From Azolla caroliniana (Eukaryota; Plantae; Polypodiophyta), in assembly GCA_043228905.1 (NCBI GenBank), contig JBHGNT010000643.1, positions 1-18,558 on the forward strand: a stretch of 18,558 nucleotides of DNA, read 5' to 3'. The notes beneath the pieces were generated by a model that did no database searches, was not told the origin of the DNA, and saw nothing but the letters and a program-made list of their open reading frames with translations. Positions 8,965 through 18,558 of this stretch are shown one piece after another; position 1 is the first letter of the stretch, and each line of letters opens with the position of its first letter. A program made the position numbers and the translations under genes.

Positions 8965-9750
8965 TTAGAAGCGACGAATACAAGCACGAGGGCGAAGATC
9001 GCACTGTTGGAGTAGGCGGGAGGCGGCGACGCCTAGAGCTCTTTCCTCGTCATCGGCCTTGAATTGGCGACGTTGTTGACGTTCGTCCTCTTGTCGTCGA
9101 GACATGCGGTGGCGGCGTTCGTCACCCTCTCGTCGCTCACGGCTGCTATCTCTCTCGCGCTCCTCGTCCTCTTCCTCCCAGCTACGGTGTTCCCTTGATT
9201 GTTGGCCATGGCGTCGGCCTTCATCATTGCGTCGTTCCTCCTCGTCAGCATACAAGGCATCACGTAGGCGATCGCATCGATCTTCGGCGGGGATTCGTTC
9301 GACGTTCCTGCAGCACCGTTCCGAGGGTCTTGAGTATCGAGTGTTTTCGATCCATGGGGAGCGACGTCCTTGTTCACCTTCCTCTCTTTCGGAGCGCTCT
9401 TGTAGCTCTCGGATCTGCTTGTCGATGAAATCACCGCACTCTCGCCTCAGTTCCTCGTCACGTGGCTCATCGCGACCACGGCTACGACGTTCCCTTTCCT
9501 CTTCGGAGTCTCTCTTGTTGTCTCTGTAGCGGCGCCCCTCCTCAAGGAACCCCTCACGACGTCGCTCGCGCCTCTCGTCATCGCACTCCCCCTCTCGGCG
9601 TCGATCGCGCCTCTCCTCGTCAATGTCTCCCTCACGACGTCGATCGCGTCGCTCCTCTTCACGGTCCCGCCCTACAGACCTAGCATTGGCCGCGGTACAC
9701 GCGGCGAGCATGATCACGGCCATGAGGAATACGGAAGTAAGCTTTGCCAT
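8965..9750 (-). CDS. 2S albumin-like storage protein precursor, copy 6
   Basis: Protein identical to copy 1. Its upstream spacer carries the C>G variant at 10079. Confidence 0.85.
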   Translation of the reverse strand: MAKLTSVFLMAVIMLAACTAANARSVGRDREEERRDRRREGDIDEERRDRRREGECDDERRERRREGFLEEGRRYRDNKRDSEEERERRSRGRDEPRDEELRRECGDFIDKQIRELQERSEREEGEQGRRSPWIENTRYSRPSERCCRNVERIPAEDRCDRLRDALYADEEERRNDEGRRHGQQSREHRSWEEEDEERERDSSRERREGDERRHRMSRRQEDERQQRRQFKADDEERALGVAASRLLQQCDLRPRACIRRF

Positions 9751-10619
9751 TGCGATTGTCCTTATGATCCCGGTGCTTGTCTCCTAATGGATTGTATTGA
9801 CATTGCTCCCTCCACCTTTAATATATACACATGGCCATGCAATCAGAGCACATGCATGTCACTCACCACTCCCATTACCATAACGTGTGTGTCCTGCGTA
9901 CAACTCTTGCCCAAGACCCATACCAACTAGTCCACCCTCCCACACGTCTAGGCTAGTCCTAGGTGTCGTATTGTCACCAGACAATCTGGGCGCAACCTGT
10001 AGCGGGTACTCCTCCTCCTCGCGCGAGAGCTTGTCGAGCAACATAACATTTATACATACATAGGTAAATGTGCGCACTGGCGCGTGCGCGTAGGGGTGTG
10101 CGGGCACGTGCACATTAAACTAGAACGCGCTAGTGCCGAGACACTAAGCACGCGGAGGCTACTGCGGGACGAGTGGTGGCTCCCGAGTGTGCTACATCGA
10201 TGAACGTAGATAGACCGGTGTCCGTACTCGCTCGTTCGGACGGACGAGGGGTTGGTAACGACGACGACAAGGAAAGCTAACCGGACTACCACACTAGGAG
10301 TGTCCTATCGGGCAAGTGTGGAAGCAAGTTCACATTCGCCGCGTGTACAAGTTGACCTTAGCCTTAGCCGTTGCCGTGGCGTGTGCGGTATGGGTGTCCT
10401 GCTTTGATGTTTTCTTTTCCGTTTGGGTGGTTTGCGGTCCCTATAGGCAAATTCTATGCGTTGGTGCTCGTGTTTACGTTCGTGTTGGAGGGACGTTGGT
10501 GCTCGTGTTTACGTTCGTGTGGGTGTAATGCGCGATTGGGGAGACGCACTTGTTCGTAAACACTTACGAGAAATTAGAGAGAGACCACGAGAATAATTTG
10601 AACAAGGTTTATGTACTAT

Positions 10620-11405
10620 TTAGAAGCGACGAATACAAGCACGAGGGCGAAGATCGCACTGTTGGAGTAGGCGGGAGGCGGCGACGCCTAGAGCTCTTTC
10701 CTCGTCATCGGCCTTGAATTGGCGACGTTGTTGACGTTCGTCCTCTTGTCGTCGAGACATGCGGTGGCGGCGTTCGTCACCCTCTCGTCGCTCACGGCTG
10801 CTATCTCTCTCGCGCTCCTCGTCCTCTTCCTCCCAGCTACGGTGTTCCCTTGATTGTTGGCCATGGCGTCGGCCTTCATCATTGCGTCGTTCCTCCTCGT
10901 CAGCATACAAGGCATCACGTAGGCGATCGCATCGATCTTCGGCGGGGATTCGTTCGACGTTCCTGCAGCACCGTTCCGAGGGTCTTGAGTATCGAGTGTT
11001 TTCGATCCATGGGGAGCGACGTCCTTGTTCACCTTCCTCTCTTTCGGAGCGCTCTTGTAGCTCTCGGATCTGCTTGTCGATGAAATCACCGCACTCTCGC
11101 CTCAGTTCCTCGTCACGTGGCTCATCGCGACCACGGCTACGACGTTCCCTTTCCTCTTCGGAGTCTCTCTTGTTGTCTCTGTAGCGGCGCCCCTCCTCAA
11201 GGAACCCCTCACGACGTCGCTCGCGCCTCTCGTCATCGCACTCCCCCTCTCGGCGTCGATCGCGCCTCTCCTCGTCAATGTCTCCCTCACGACGTCGATC
11301 GCGTCGCTCCTCTTCACGGTCCCGCCCTACAGACCTAGCATTGGCCGCGGTACACGCGGCGAGCATGATCACGGCCATGAGGAATACGGAAGTAAGCTTT
11401 GCCAT
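10620..11405 (-). CDS. 2S albumin-like storage protein precursor, copy 7
   Basis: Protein identical to copy 1. Confidence 0.85.
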   Translation of the reverse strand: MAKLTSVFLMAVIMLAACTAANARSVGRDREEERRDRRREGDIDEERRDRRREGECDDERRERRREGFLEEGRRYRDNKRDSEEERERRSRGRDEPRDEELRRECGDFIDKQIRELQERSEREEGEQGRRSPWIENTRYSRPSERCCRNVERIPAEDRCDRLRDALYADEEERRNDEGRRHGQQSREHRSWEEEDEERERDSSRERREGDERRHRMSRRQEDERQQRRQFKADDEERALGVAASRLLQQCDLRPRACIRRF

Positions 11406-12274
11406 TGCGATTGTCCTTATGATCCCGGTGCTTGTCTCCTAATGGATTGTATTGACATTGCTCCCTCCACCTTTAATATATACACATGGCCATGCAATCA
11501 GAGCACATGCATGTCACTCACCACTCCCATTACCATAACGTGTGTGTCCTGCGTACAACTCTTGCCCAAGACCCATACCAACTAGTCCACCCTCCCACAC
11601 GTCTAGGCTAGTCCTAGGTGTCGTATTGTCACCAGACAATCTGGGCGCAACCTGTAGCGGGTACTCCTCCTCCTCGCGCGAGAGCTTGTCGAGCAACATA
11701 ACATTTATACATACATAGGTAAATGTGCGCACTCGCGCGTGCGCGTAGGGGTGTGCGGGCACGTGCACATTAAACTAGAACGCGCTAGTGCCGAGACACT
11801 AAGCACGCGGAGGCTACTGCGGGACGAGTGGTGGCTCCCGAGTGTGCTACATCGATGAACGTAGATAGACCGGTGTCCGTACTCGCTCGTTCGGACGGAC
11901 GAGGGGTTGGTAACGACGACGACAAGGAAAGCTAACCGGACTACCACACTAGGAGTGTCCTATCGGGCAAGTGTGGAAGCAAGTTCACATTCGCCGCGTG
12001 TACAAGTTGACCTTAGCCTTAGCCGTTGCCGTGGCGTGTGCGGTATGGGTGTCCTGCTTTGATGTTTTCTTTTCCGTTTGGGTGGTTTGCGGTCCCTATA
12101 GGCAAATTCTATGCGTTGGTGCTCGTGTTTACGTTCGTGTTGGAGGGACGTTGGTGCTCGTGTTTACGTTCGTGTGGGTGTAATGCGCGATTGGGGAGAC
12201 GCACTTGTTCGTAAACACTTACGAGAAATTAGAGAGAGACCACGAGAATAATTTGAACAAGGTTTATGTACTAT

Positions 12275-13060
12275 TTAGAAGCGACGAATACAAGCACGAG
12301 GGCGAAGATCGCACTGTTGGAGTAGGCGGGAGGCGGCGACGCCTAGAGCTCTTTCCTCGTCATCGGCCTTGAATTGGCGACGTTGTTGACGTTCGTCCTC
12401 TTGTCGTCGAGACATGCGGTGGCGGCGTTCGTCACCCTCTCGTCGCTCACGGCTGCTATCTCTCTCGCGCTCCTCGTCCTCTTCCTCCCAGCTACGGTGT
12501 TCCCTTGATTGTTGGCCATGGCGTCGGCCTTCATCATTGCGTCGTTCCTCCTCGTCAGCATACAAGGCATCACGTAGGCGATCGCATCGATCTTCGGCGG
12601 GGATTCGTTCGACGTTCCTGCAGCACCGTTCCGAGGGTCTTGAGTATCGAGTGTTTTCGATCCATGGGGAGCGACGTCCTTGTTCACCTTCCTCTCTTTC
12701 GGAGCGCTCTTGTAGCTCTCGGATCTGCTTGTCGATGAAATCACCGCACTCTCGCCTCAGTTCCTCGTCACGTGGCTCATCGCGACCACGGCTACGACGT
12801 TCCCTTTCCTCTTCGGAGTCTCTCTTGTTGTCTCTGTAGCGGCGCCCCTCCTCAAGGAACCCCTCACGACGTCGCTCGCGCCTCTCGTCATCGCACTCCC
12901 CCTCTCGGCGTCGATCGCGCCTCTCCTCGTCAATGTCTCCCTCACGACGTCGATCGCGTCGCTCCTCTTCACGGTCCCGCCCTACAGACCTAGCATTGGC
13001 CGCGGTACACGCGGCGAGCATGATCACGGCCATGAGGAATACGGAAGTAAGCTTTGCCAT
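12275..13060 (-). CDS. 2S albumin-like storage protein precursor, copy 8
   Basis: Protein identical to copy 1. Confidence 0.85.
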   Translation of the reverse strand: MAKLTSVFLMAVIMLAACTAANARSVGRDREEERRDRRREGDIDEERRDRRREGECDDERRERRREGFLEEGRRYRDNKRDSEEERERRSRGRDEPRDEELRRECGDFIDKQIRELQERSEREEGEQGRRSPWIENTRYSRPSERCCRNVERIPAEDRCDRLRDALYADEEERRNDEGRRHGQQSREHRSWEEEDEERERDSSRERREGDERRHRMSRRQEDERQQRRQFKADDEERALGVAASRLLQQCDLRPRACIRRF

Positions 13061-13929
13061 TGCGATTGTCCTTATGATCCCGGTGCTTGTCTCCTAATGG
13101 ATTGTATTGACATTGCTCCCTCCACCTTTAATATATACACATGGCCATGCAATCAGAGCACATGCATGTCACTCACCACTCCCATTACCATAACGTGTGT
13201 GTCCTGCGTACAACTCTTGCCCAAGACCCATACCAACTAGTCCACCCTCCCACACGTCTAGGCTAGTCCTAGGTGTCGTATTGTCACCAGACAATCTGGG
13301 CGCAACCTGTAGCGGGTACTCCTCCTCCTCGCGCGAGAGCTTGTCGAGCAACATAACATTTATACATACATAGGTAAATGTGCGCACTCGCGCGTGCGCG
13401 TAGGGGTGTGCGGGCACGTGCACATTAAACTAGAACGCGCTAGTGCCGAGACACTAAGCACGCGGAGGCTACTGCGGGACGAGTGGTGGCTCCCGAGTGT
13501 GCTACATCGATGAACGTAGATAGACCGGTGTCCGTACTCGCTCGTTCGGACGGACGAGGGGTTGGTAACGACGACGACAAGGAAAGCTAACCGGACTACC
13601 ACACTAGGAGTGTCCTATCGGGCAAGTGTGGAAGCAAGTTCACATTCGCCGCGTGTACAAGTTGACCTTAGCCTTAGCCGTTGCCGTGGCGTGTGCGGTA
13701 TGGGTGTCCTGCTTTGATGTTTTCTTTTCCGTTTGGGTGGTTTGCGGTCCCTATAGGCAAATTCTATGCGTTGGTGCTCGTGTTTACGTTCGTGTTGGAG
13801 GGACGTTGGTGCTCGTGTTTACGTTCGTGTGGGTGTAATGCGCGATTGGGGAGACGCACTTGTTCGTAAACACTTACGAGAAATTAGAGAGAGACCACGA
13901 GAATAATTTGAACAAGGTTTATGTACTAT

Positions 13930-14715
13930 TTAGAAGCGACGAATACAAGCACGAGGGCGAAGATCGCACTGTTGGAGTAGGCGGGAGGCGGCGACGCCTA
14001 GAGCTCTTTCCTCGTCATCGGCCTTGAATTGGCGACGTTGTTGACGTTCGTCCTCTTGTCGTCGAGACATGCGGTGGCGGCGTTCGTCACCCTCTCGTCG
14101 CTCACGGCTGCTATCTCTCTCGCGCTCCTCGTCCTCTTCCTCCCAGCTACGGTGTTCCCTTGATTGTTGGCCATGGCGTCGGCCTTCATCATTGCGTCGT
14201 TCCTCCTCGTCAGCATACAAGGCATCACGTAGGCGATCGCATCGATCTTCGGCGGGGATTCGTTCGACGTTCCTGCAGCACCGTTCCGAGGGTCTTGAGT
14301 ATCGAGTGTTTTCGATCCATGGGGAGCGACGTCCTTGTTCACCTTCCTCTCTTTCGGAGCGCTCTTGTAGCTCTCGGATCTGCTTGTCGATGAAATCACC
14401 GCACTCTCGCCTCAGTTCCTCGTCACGTGGCTCATCGCGACCACGGCTACGACGTTCCCTTTCCTCTTCGGAGTCTCTCTTGTTGTCTCTGTAGCGGCGC
14501 CCCTCCTCAAGGAACCCCTCACGACGTCGCTCGCGCCTCTCGTCATCGCACTCCCCCTCTCGGCGTCGATCGCGCCTCTCCTCGTCAATGTCTCCCTCAC
14601 GACGTCGATCGCGTCGCTCCTCTTCACGGTCCCGCCCTACAGACCTAGCATTGGCCGCGGTACACGCGGCGAGCATGATCACGGCCATGAGGAATACGGA
14701 AGTAAGCTTTGCCAT
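13930..14715 (-). CDS. 2S albumin-like storage protein precursor, copy 9
   Basis: Protein identical to copy 1. Confidence 0.85.
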   Translation of the reverse strand: MAKLTSVFLMAVIMLAACTAANARSVGRDREEERRDRRREGDIDEERRDRRREGECDDERRERRREGFLEEGRRYRDNKRDSEEERERRSRGRDEPRDEELRRECGDFIDKQIRELQERSEREEGEQGRRSPWIENTRYSRPSERCCRNVERIPAEDRCDRLRDALYADEEERRNDEGRRHGQQSREHRSWEEEDEERERDSSRERREGDERRHRMSRRQEDERQQRRQFKADDEERALGVAASRLLQQCDLRPRACIRRF

Positions 14716-15584
14716 TGCGATTGTCCTTATGATCCCGGTGCTTGTCTCCTAATGGATTGTATTGACATTGCTCCCTCCACCTTTAATATATACACATGGC
14801 CATGCAATCAGAGCACATGCATGTCACTCACCACTCCCATTACCATAACGTGTGTGTCCTGCGTACAACTCTTGCCCAAGACCCATACCAACTAGTCCAC
14901 CCTCCCACACGTCTAGGCTAGTCCTAGGTGTCGTATTGTCACCAGACAATCTGGGCGCAACCTGTAGCGGGTACTCCTCCTCCTCGCGCGAGAGCTTGTC
15001 GAGCAACATAACATTTATACATACATAGGTAAATGTGCGCACTCGCGCGTGCGCGTAGGGGTGTGCGGGCACGTGCACATTAAACTAGAACGCGCTAGTG
15101 CCGAGACACTAAGCACGCGGAGGCTACTGCGGGACGAGTGGTGGCTCCCGAGTGTGCTACATCGATGAACGTAGATAGACCGGTGTCCGTACTCGCTCGT
15201 TCGGACGGACGAGGGGTTGGTAACGACGACGACAAGGAAAGCTAACCGGACTACCACACTAGGAGTGTCCTATCGGGCAAGTGTGGAAGCAAGTTCACAT
15301 TCGCCGCGTGTACAAGTTGACCTTAGCCTTAGCCGTTGCCGTGGCGTGTGCGGTATGGGTGTCCTGCTTTGATGTTTTCTTTTCCGTTTGGGTGGTTTGC
15401 GGTCCCTATAGGCAAATTCTATGCGTTGGTGCTCGTGTTTACGTTCGTGTTGGAGGGACGTTGGTGCTCGTGTTTACGTTCGTGTGGGTGTAATGCGCGA
15501 TTGGGGAGACGCACTTGTTCGTAAACACTTACGAGAAATTAGAGAGAGACCACGAGAATAATTTGAACAAGGTTTATGTACTAT

Positions 15585-16355
15585 TTAGAAGCGACGAATA
15601 CAAGCACGAGGGCGAAGATCGCACTGTTGGAGTAGGCGGGAGGCGGCGACGCCTAGAGCTCTTTCCTCGTCATCGGCCTTGAATTGGCGACGTTGTTGAC
15701 GTTCGTCCTCTTGTCGTCGAGACATGCGGTGGCGGCGTTCGTCACCCTCTCGTCGCTCACGGCTGCTATCTCTCTCGCGCTCCTCGTCCTCTTCCTCCCA
15801 GCTACGGTGTTCCCTTGATTGTTGGCCATGGCGTCGGCCTTCATCATTGCGTCGTTCCTCCTCGTCAGCATACAAGGCATCACGTAGGCGATCGCATCGA
15901 TCTTCGGCGGGGATTCGTTCGACGTTCCTGCAGCACCGTTCCGAGGGTCTTGAGTATCGAGTGTTTTCGATCCATGGGGAGCGACGTCCTTGTTCACCTT
16001 CCTCTCTTTCGGAGCGCTCTTGTAGCTCTCGGATCTGCTTGTCGATGAAATCACCGCACTCTCGCCTCAGTTCCTCGTCACGTGGCTCATCGCGACCACG
16101 GCTACGACGTTCCCTTTCCTCTTCGGAGTCTCTCTTGTTGTCTCTGTAGCGGCGCCCCTCCTCAAGGAACCCCTCACGACGTCGCTCGCACTCCCCCTCT
16201 CGGCGTCGATCGCGCCTCTCCTCGTCAATGTCTCCCTCACGACGTCGATCGCGTCGCTCCTCTTCACGGTCCCGCCCTACAGACCTAGCATTGGCCGCGG
16301 TACACGCGGCGAGCATGATCACGGCCATGAGGAATACGGAAGTAAGCTTTGCCAT
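15585..16355 (-). CDS. 2S albumin-like storage protein precursor, copy 10, 256-aa variant lacking DDERR (57-61)
   Basis: Reads gtcgctcgcactcc from 16181 instead of gtcgctcgcgcctctcgtcatcgcactcc, a 15-bp in-frame deletion. Confidence 0.83.
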   Translation of the reverse strand: MAKLTSVFLMAVIMLAACTAANARSVGRDREEERRDRRREGDIDEERRDRRREGECERRREGFLEEGRRYRDNKRDSEEERERRSRGRDEPRDEELRRECGDFIDKQIRELQERSEREEGEQGRRSPWIENTRYSRPSERCCRNVERIPAEDRCDRLRDALYADEEERRNDEGRRHGQQSREHRSWEEEDEERERDSSRERREGDERRHRMSRRQEDERQQRRQFKADDEERALGVAASRLLQQCDLRPRACIRRF

Positions 16356-17224
16356 TGCGATTGTCCTTATGATCCCGGTGCTTGTCTCCTAATGGATTGT
16401 ATTGACATTGCTCCCTCCACCTTTAATATATACACATGGCCATGCAATCAGAGCACATGCATGTCACTCACCACTCCCATTACCATAACGTGTGTGTCCT
16501 GCGTACAACTCTTGCCCAAGACCCATACCAACTAGTCCACCCTCCCACACGTCTAGGCTAGTCCTAGGTGTCGTATTGTCACCAGACAATCTGGGCGCAA
16601 CCTGTAGCGGGTACTCCTCCTCCTCGCGCGAGAGCTTGTCGAGCAACATAACATTTATACATACATAGGTAAATGTGCGCACTCGCGCGTGCGCGTAGGG
16701 GTGTGCGGGCACGTGCACATTAAACTAGAACGCGCTAGTGCCGAGACACTAAGCACGCGGAGGCTACTGCGGGACGAGTGGTGGCTCCCGAGTGTGCTAC
16801 ATCGATGAACGTAGATAGACCGGTGTCCGTACTCGCTCGTTCGGACGGACGAGGGGTTGGTAACGACGACGACAAGGAAAGCTAACCGGACTACCACACT
16901 AGGAGTGTCCTATCGGGCAAGTGTGGAAGCAAGTTCACATTCGCCGCGTGTACAAGTTGACCTTAGCCTTAGCCGTTGCCGTGGCGTGTGCGGTATGGGT
17001 GTCCTGCTTTGATGTTTTCTTTTCCGTTTGGGTGGTTTGCGGTCCCTATAGGCAAATTCTATGCGTTGGTGCTCGTGTTTACGTTCGTGTTGGAGGGACG
17101 TTGGTGCTCGTGTTTACGTTCGTGTGGGTGTAATGCGCGATTGGGGAGACGCACTTGTTCGTAAACACTTACGAGAAATTAGAGAGAGACCACGAGAATA
17201 ATTTGAACAAGGTTTATGTACTAT

Positions 17225-18002
17225 TTAGAAGCGACGAATACAAGCACGAGGGCGAAGATCGCACTGTTGGAGTAGGCGGGAGGCGGCGACGCCTAGAGCT
17301 CTTTCCTCGTCATCGGCCTTGAATTGGCGACGTTGTTGACGTTCGTCCTCTTGTCGTCGAGACATGCGGTGGCGGCGTTCGTCACCCTCTCGTCGCTCAC
17401 GGCTGCTATCTCTCTCGCGCTCCTCGTCCTCTTCCTCCCAGCTACGGTGTTCCCTTGATTGTTGGCCATGGCGTCGGCCTTCATCATTGCGTCGTTCCTC
17501 CTCGTCAGCATACAAGGCATCACGTAGGCGATCGCATCGATCTTCGGCGGGGATTCGTTCGACGTTCCTGCAGCACCGTTCCGAGGGTCTTGAGTATCGA
17601 GTGTTTTCGATCCATGGGGAGCGACGTCCTTGTTCACCTTCCTCTCTTTCGGAGCGCTCTTGTAGCTCTCGGATCTGCTTGTCGATGAAATCACCGCACT
17701 CTCGCCTCAGTTCCTCGTCACGTGGCTCATCGCGACCACGGCTACGACGTTCCCTTTCCTCTTCGGAGTCTCTCTTGTTGTCTCTGTAGCGGCGCCCCTC
17801 CTCAAGGAACCCCTCACGACGTCGCTCGTCACTCGCACTCCCCCTCTCGGCGTCGATCGCGCCTCTCCTCGTCAATGTCTCCCTCACGACGTCGATCGCG
17901 TCGCTCCTCTTCACGGTCCCGCCCTACAGACCTAGCATTGGCCGCGGTACACGCGGCGAGCATGATCACGGCCATGAGGAATACGGAAGTAAGCTTTGCC
18001 AT
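17225..18002 (-). pseudogene. Frameshifted copy 11 (57 aa then TGA); real pseudogene or consensus error
   Basis: The homologous ATG is at 18002. The minus strand reads GAG TGC GAG TGA, with the stop at 17831-17829. The copy is net -8 bp relative to the standard one, and the rest looks intact. Confidence 0.7.
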
Positions 18003-18558
18003 TGCGATTGTCCTTATGATCCCGGTGCTTGTCTCCTAATGGATTGTATTGACATTGCTCCCTCCACCTTTAATATATACACATGGCCATGCAATCAGAG
18101 CACATGCATGTCACTCACCACTCCCATTACCATAACGTGTGTGTCCTGCGTACAACTCTTGCCCAAGACCCATACCAACTAGTCCACCCTCCCACACGTC
18201 TAGGCTAGTCCTAGGTGTCGTATTGTCACCAGACAATCTGGGCGCAACCTGTAGCGGGTACTCCTCCTCCTCGCGCGAGAGCTTGTCGAGCAACATAACA
18301 TTTATACATACATAGGTAAATGTGCGCACTCGCGCGTGCGCGTAGGGGTGTGCGGGCACGTGCACATTAAACTAGAACGCGCTAGTGCCGAGACACTAAG
18401 CACGCGGAGGCTACTGCGGGACGAGTGGTGGCTCCCGAGTGTGCTACATCGATGAACGTAGATAGACCGGTGTCCGTACTCGCTCGTTCGGACGGACGAG
18501 GGGTTGGTAACGACGACGACAAGGAAAGCTAACCGGACTACCACACTAGGAGTGTCCT

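Larger units (their letters stand above)
1..18558. repeat. Tandem array of a 1655-bp gene-containing unit (~11.2 copies, open at both ends)
   Basis: The opening sequence tccaccctcccacacgtctagg recurs at 1, 1656, 3311, 4966, 6621, 8276, 9931, 11586, 13241, 14896, 16536 and 18183. The period is 1655, except 1640 and 1647 for the last two periods because of indels. The ORF track repeats with the same offsets. Confidence 0.99.

Noticed and set aside
17225-17914. 229-aa ORF with a novel N-terminus in copy 11
   Set aside because: Product of the frameshift. It starts at GTG, lacks the signal peptide, and lies downstream of the true ATG at 18002.
1-18558. Unit as a transposon, rDNA/5S repeat or viral concatemer
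   Set aside because: No transposase, RT or Rep ORF, terminal repeats or rRNA sequence recognised. A short aagcaccgggatc in the 5' UTR resembles plant 5S rRNA, but the similarity does not extend.

Overview
The whole window is a head-to-tail tandem array of a 1655-bp unit: 11 full periods plus 376 bp, open at both ends, with copies almost identical. Each unit carries one intronless minus-strand gene for a 261-aa protein with a signal peptide and an extremely Arg/Glu/Asp-rich sequence. Its cysteine skeleton (C..CC..xRC..C..C) and flanking motifs fit the plant prolamin superfamily (2S albumin / cereal alpha-globulin-like storage protein). The 869-bp spacer holds the 3' region of one copy and a compact maturation-type promoter for the next (TATA box, RY/CATGCA motifs, ACGT/G-box motifs). 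I found only three variants: a spacer SNP at 10079, an in-frame 15-bp deletion in gene copy 10, and a net -8 bp frameshift at the same spot in copy 11. The best reading is land-plant nuclear DNA with a recently amplified or strongly homogenised storage-protein gene array. The family call comes from motif recognition, not a database search, and the copy number could be affected by assembly.
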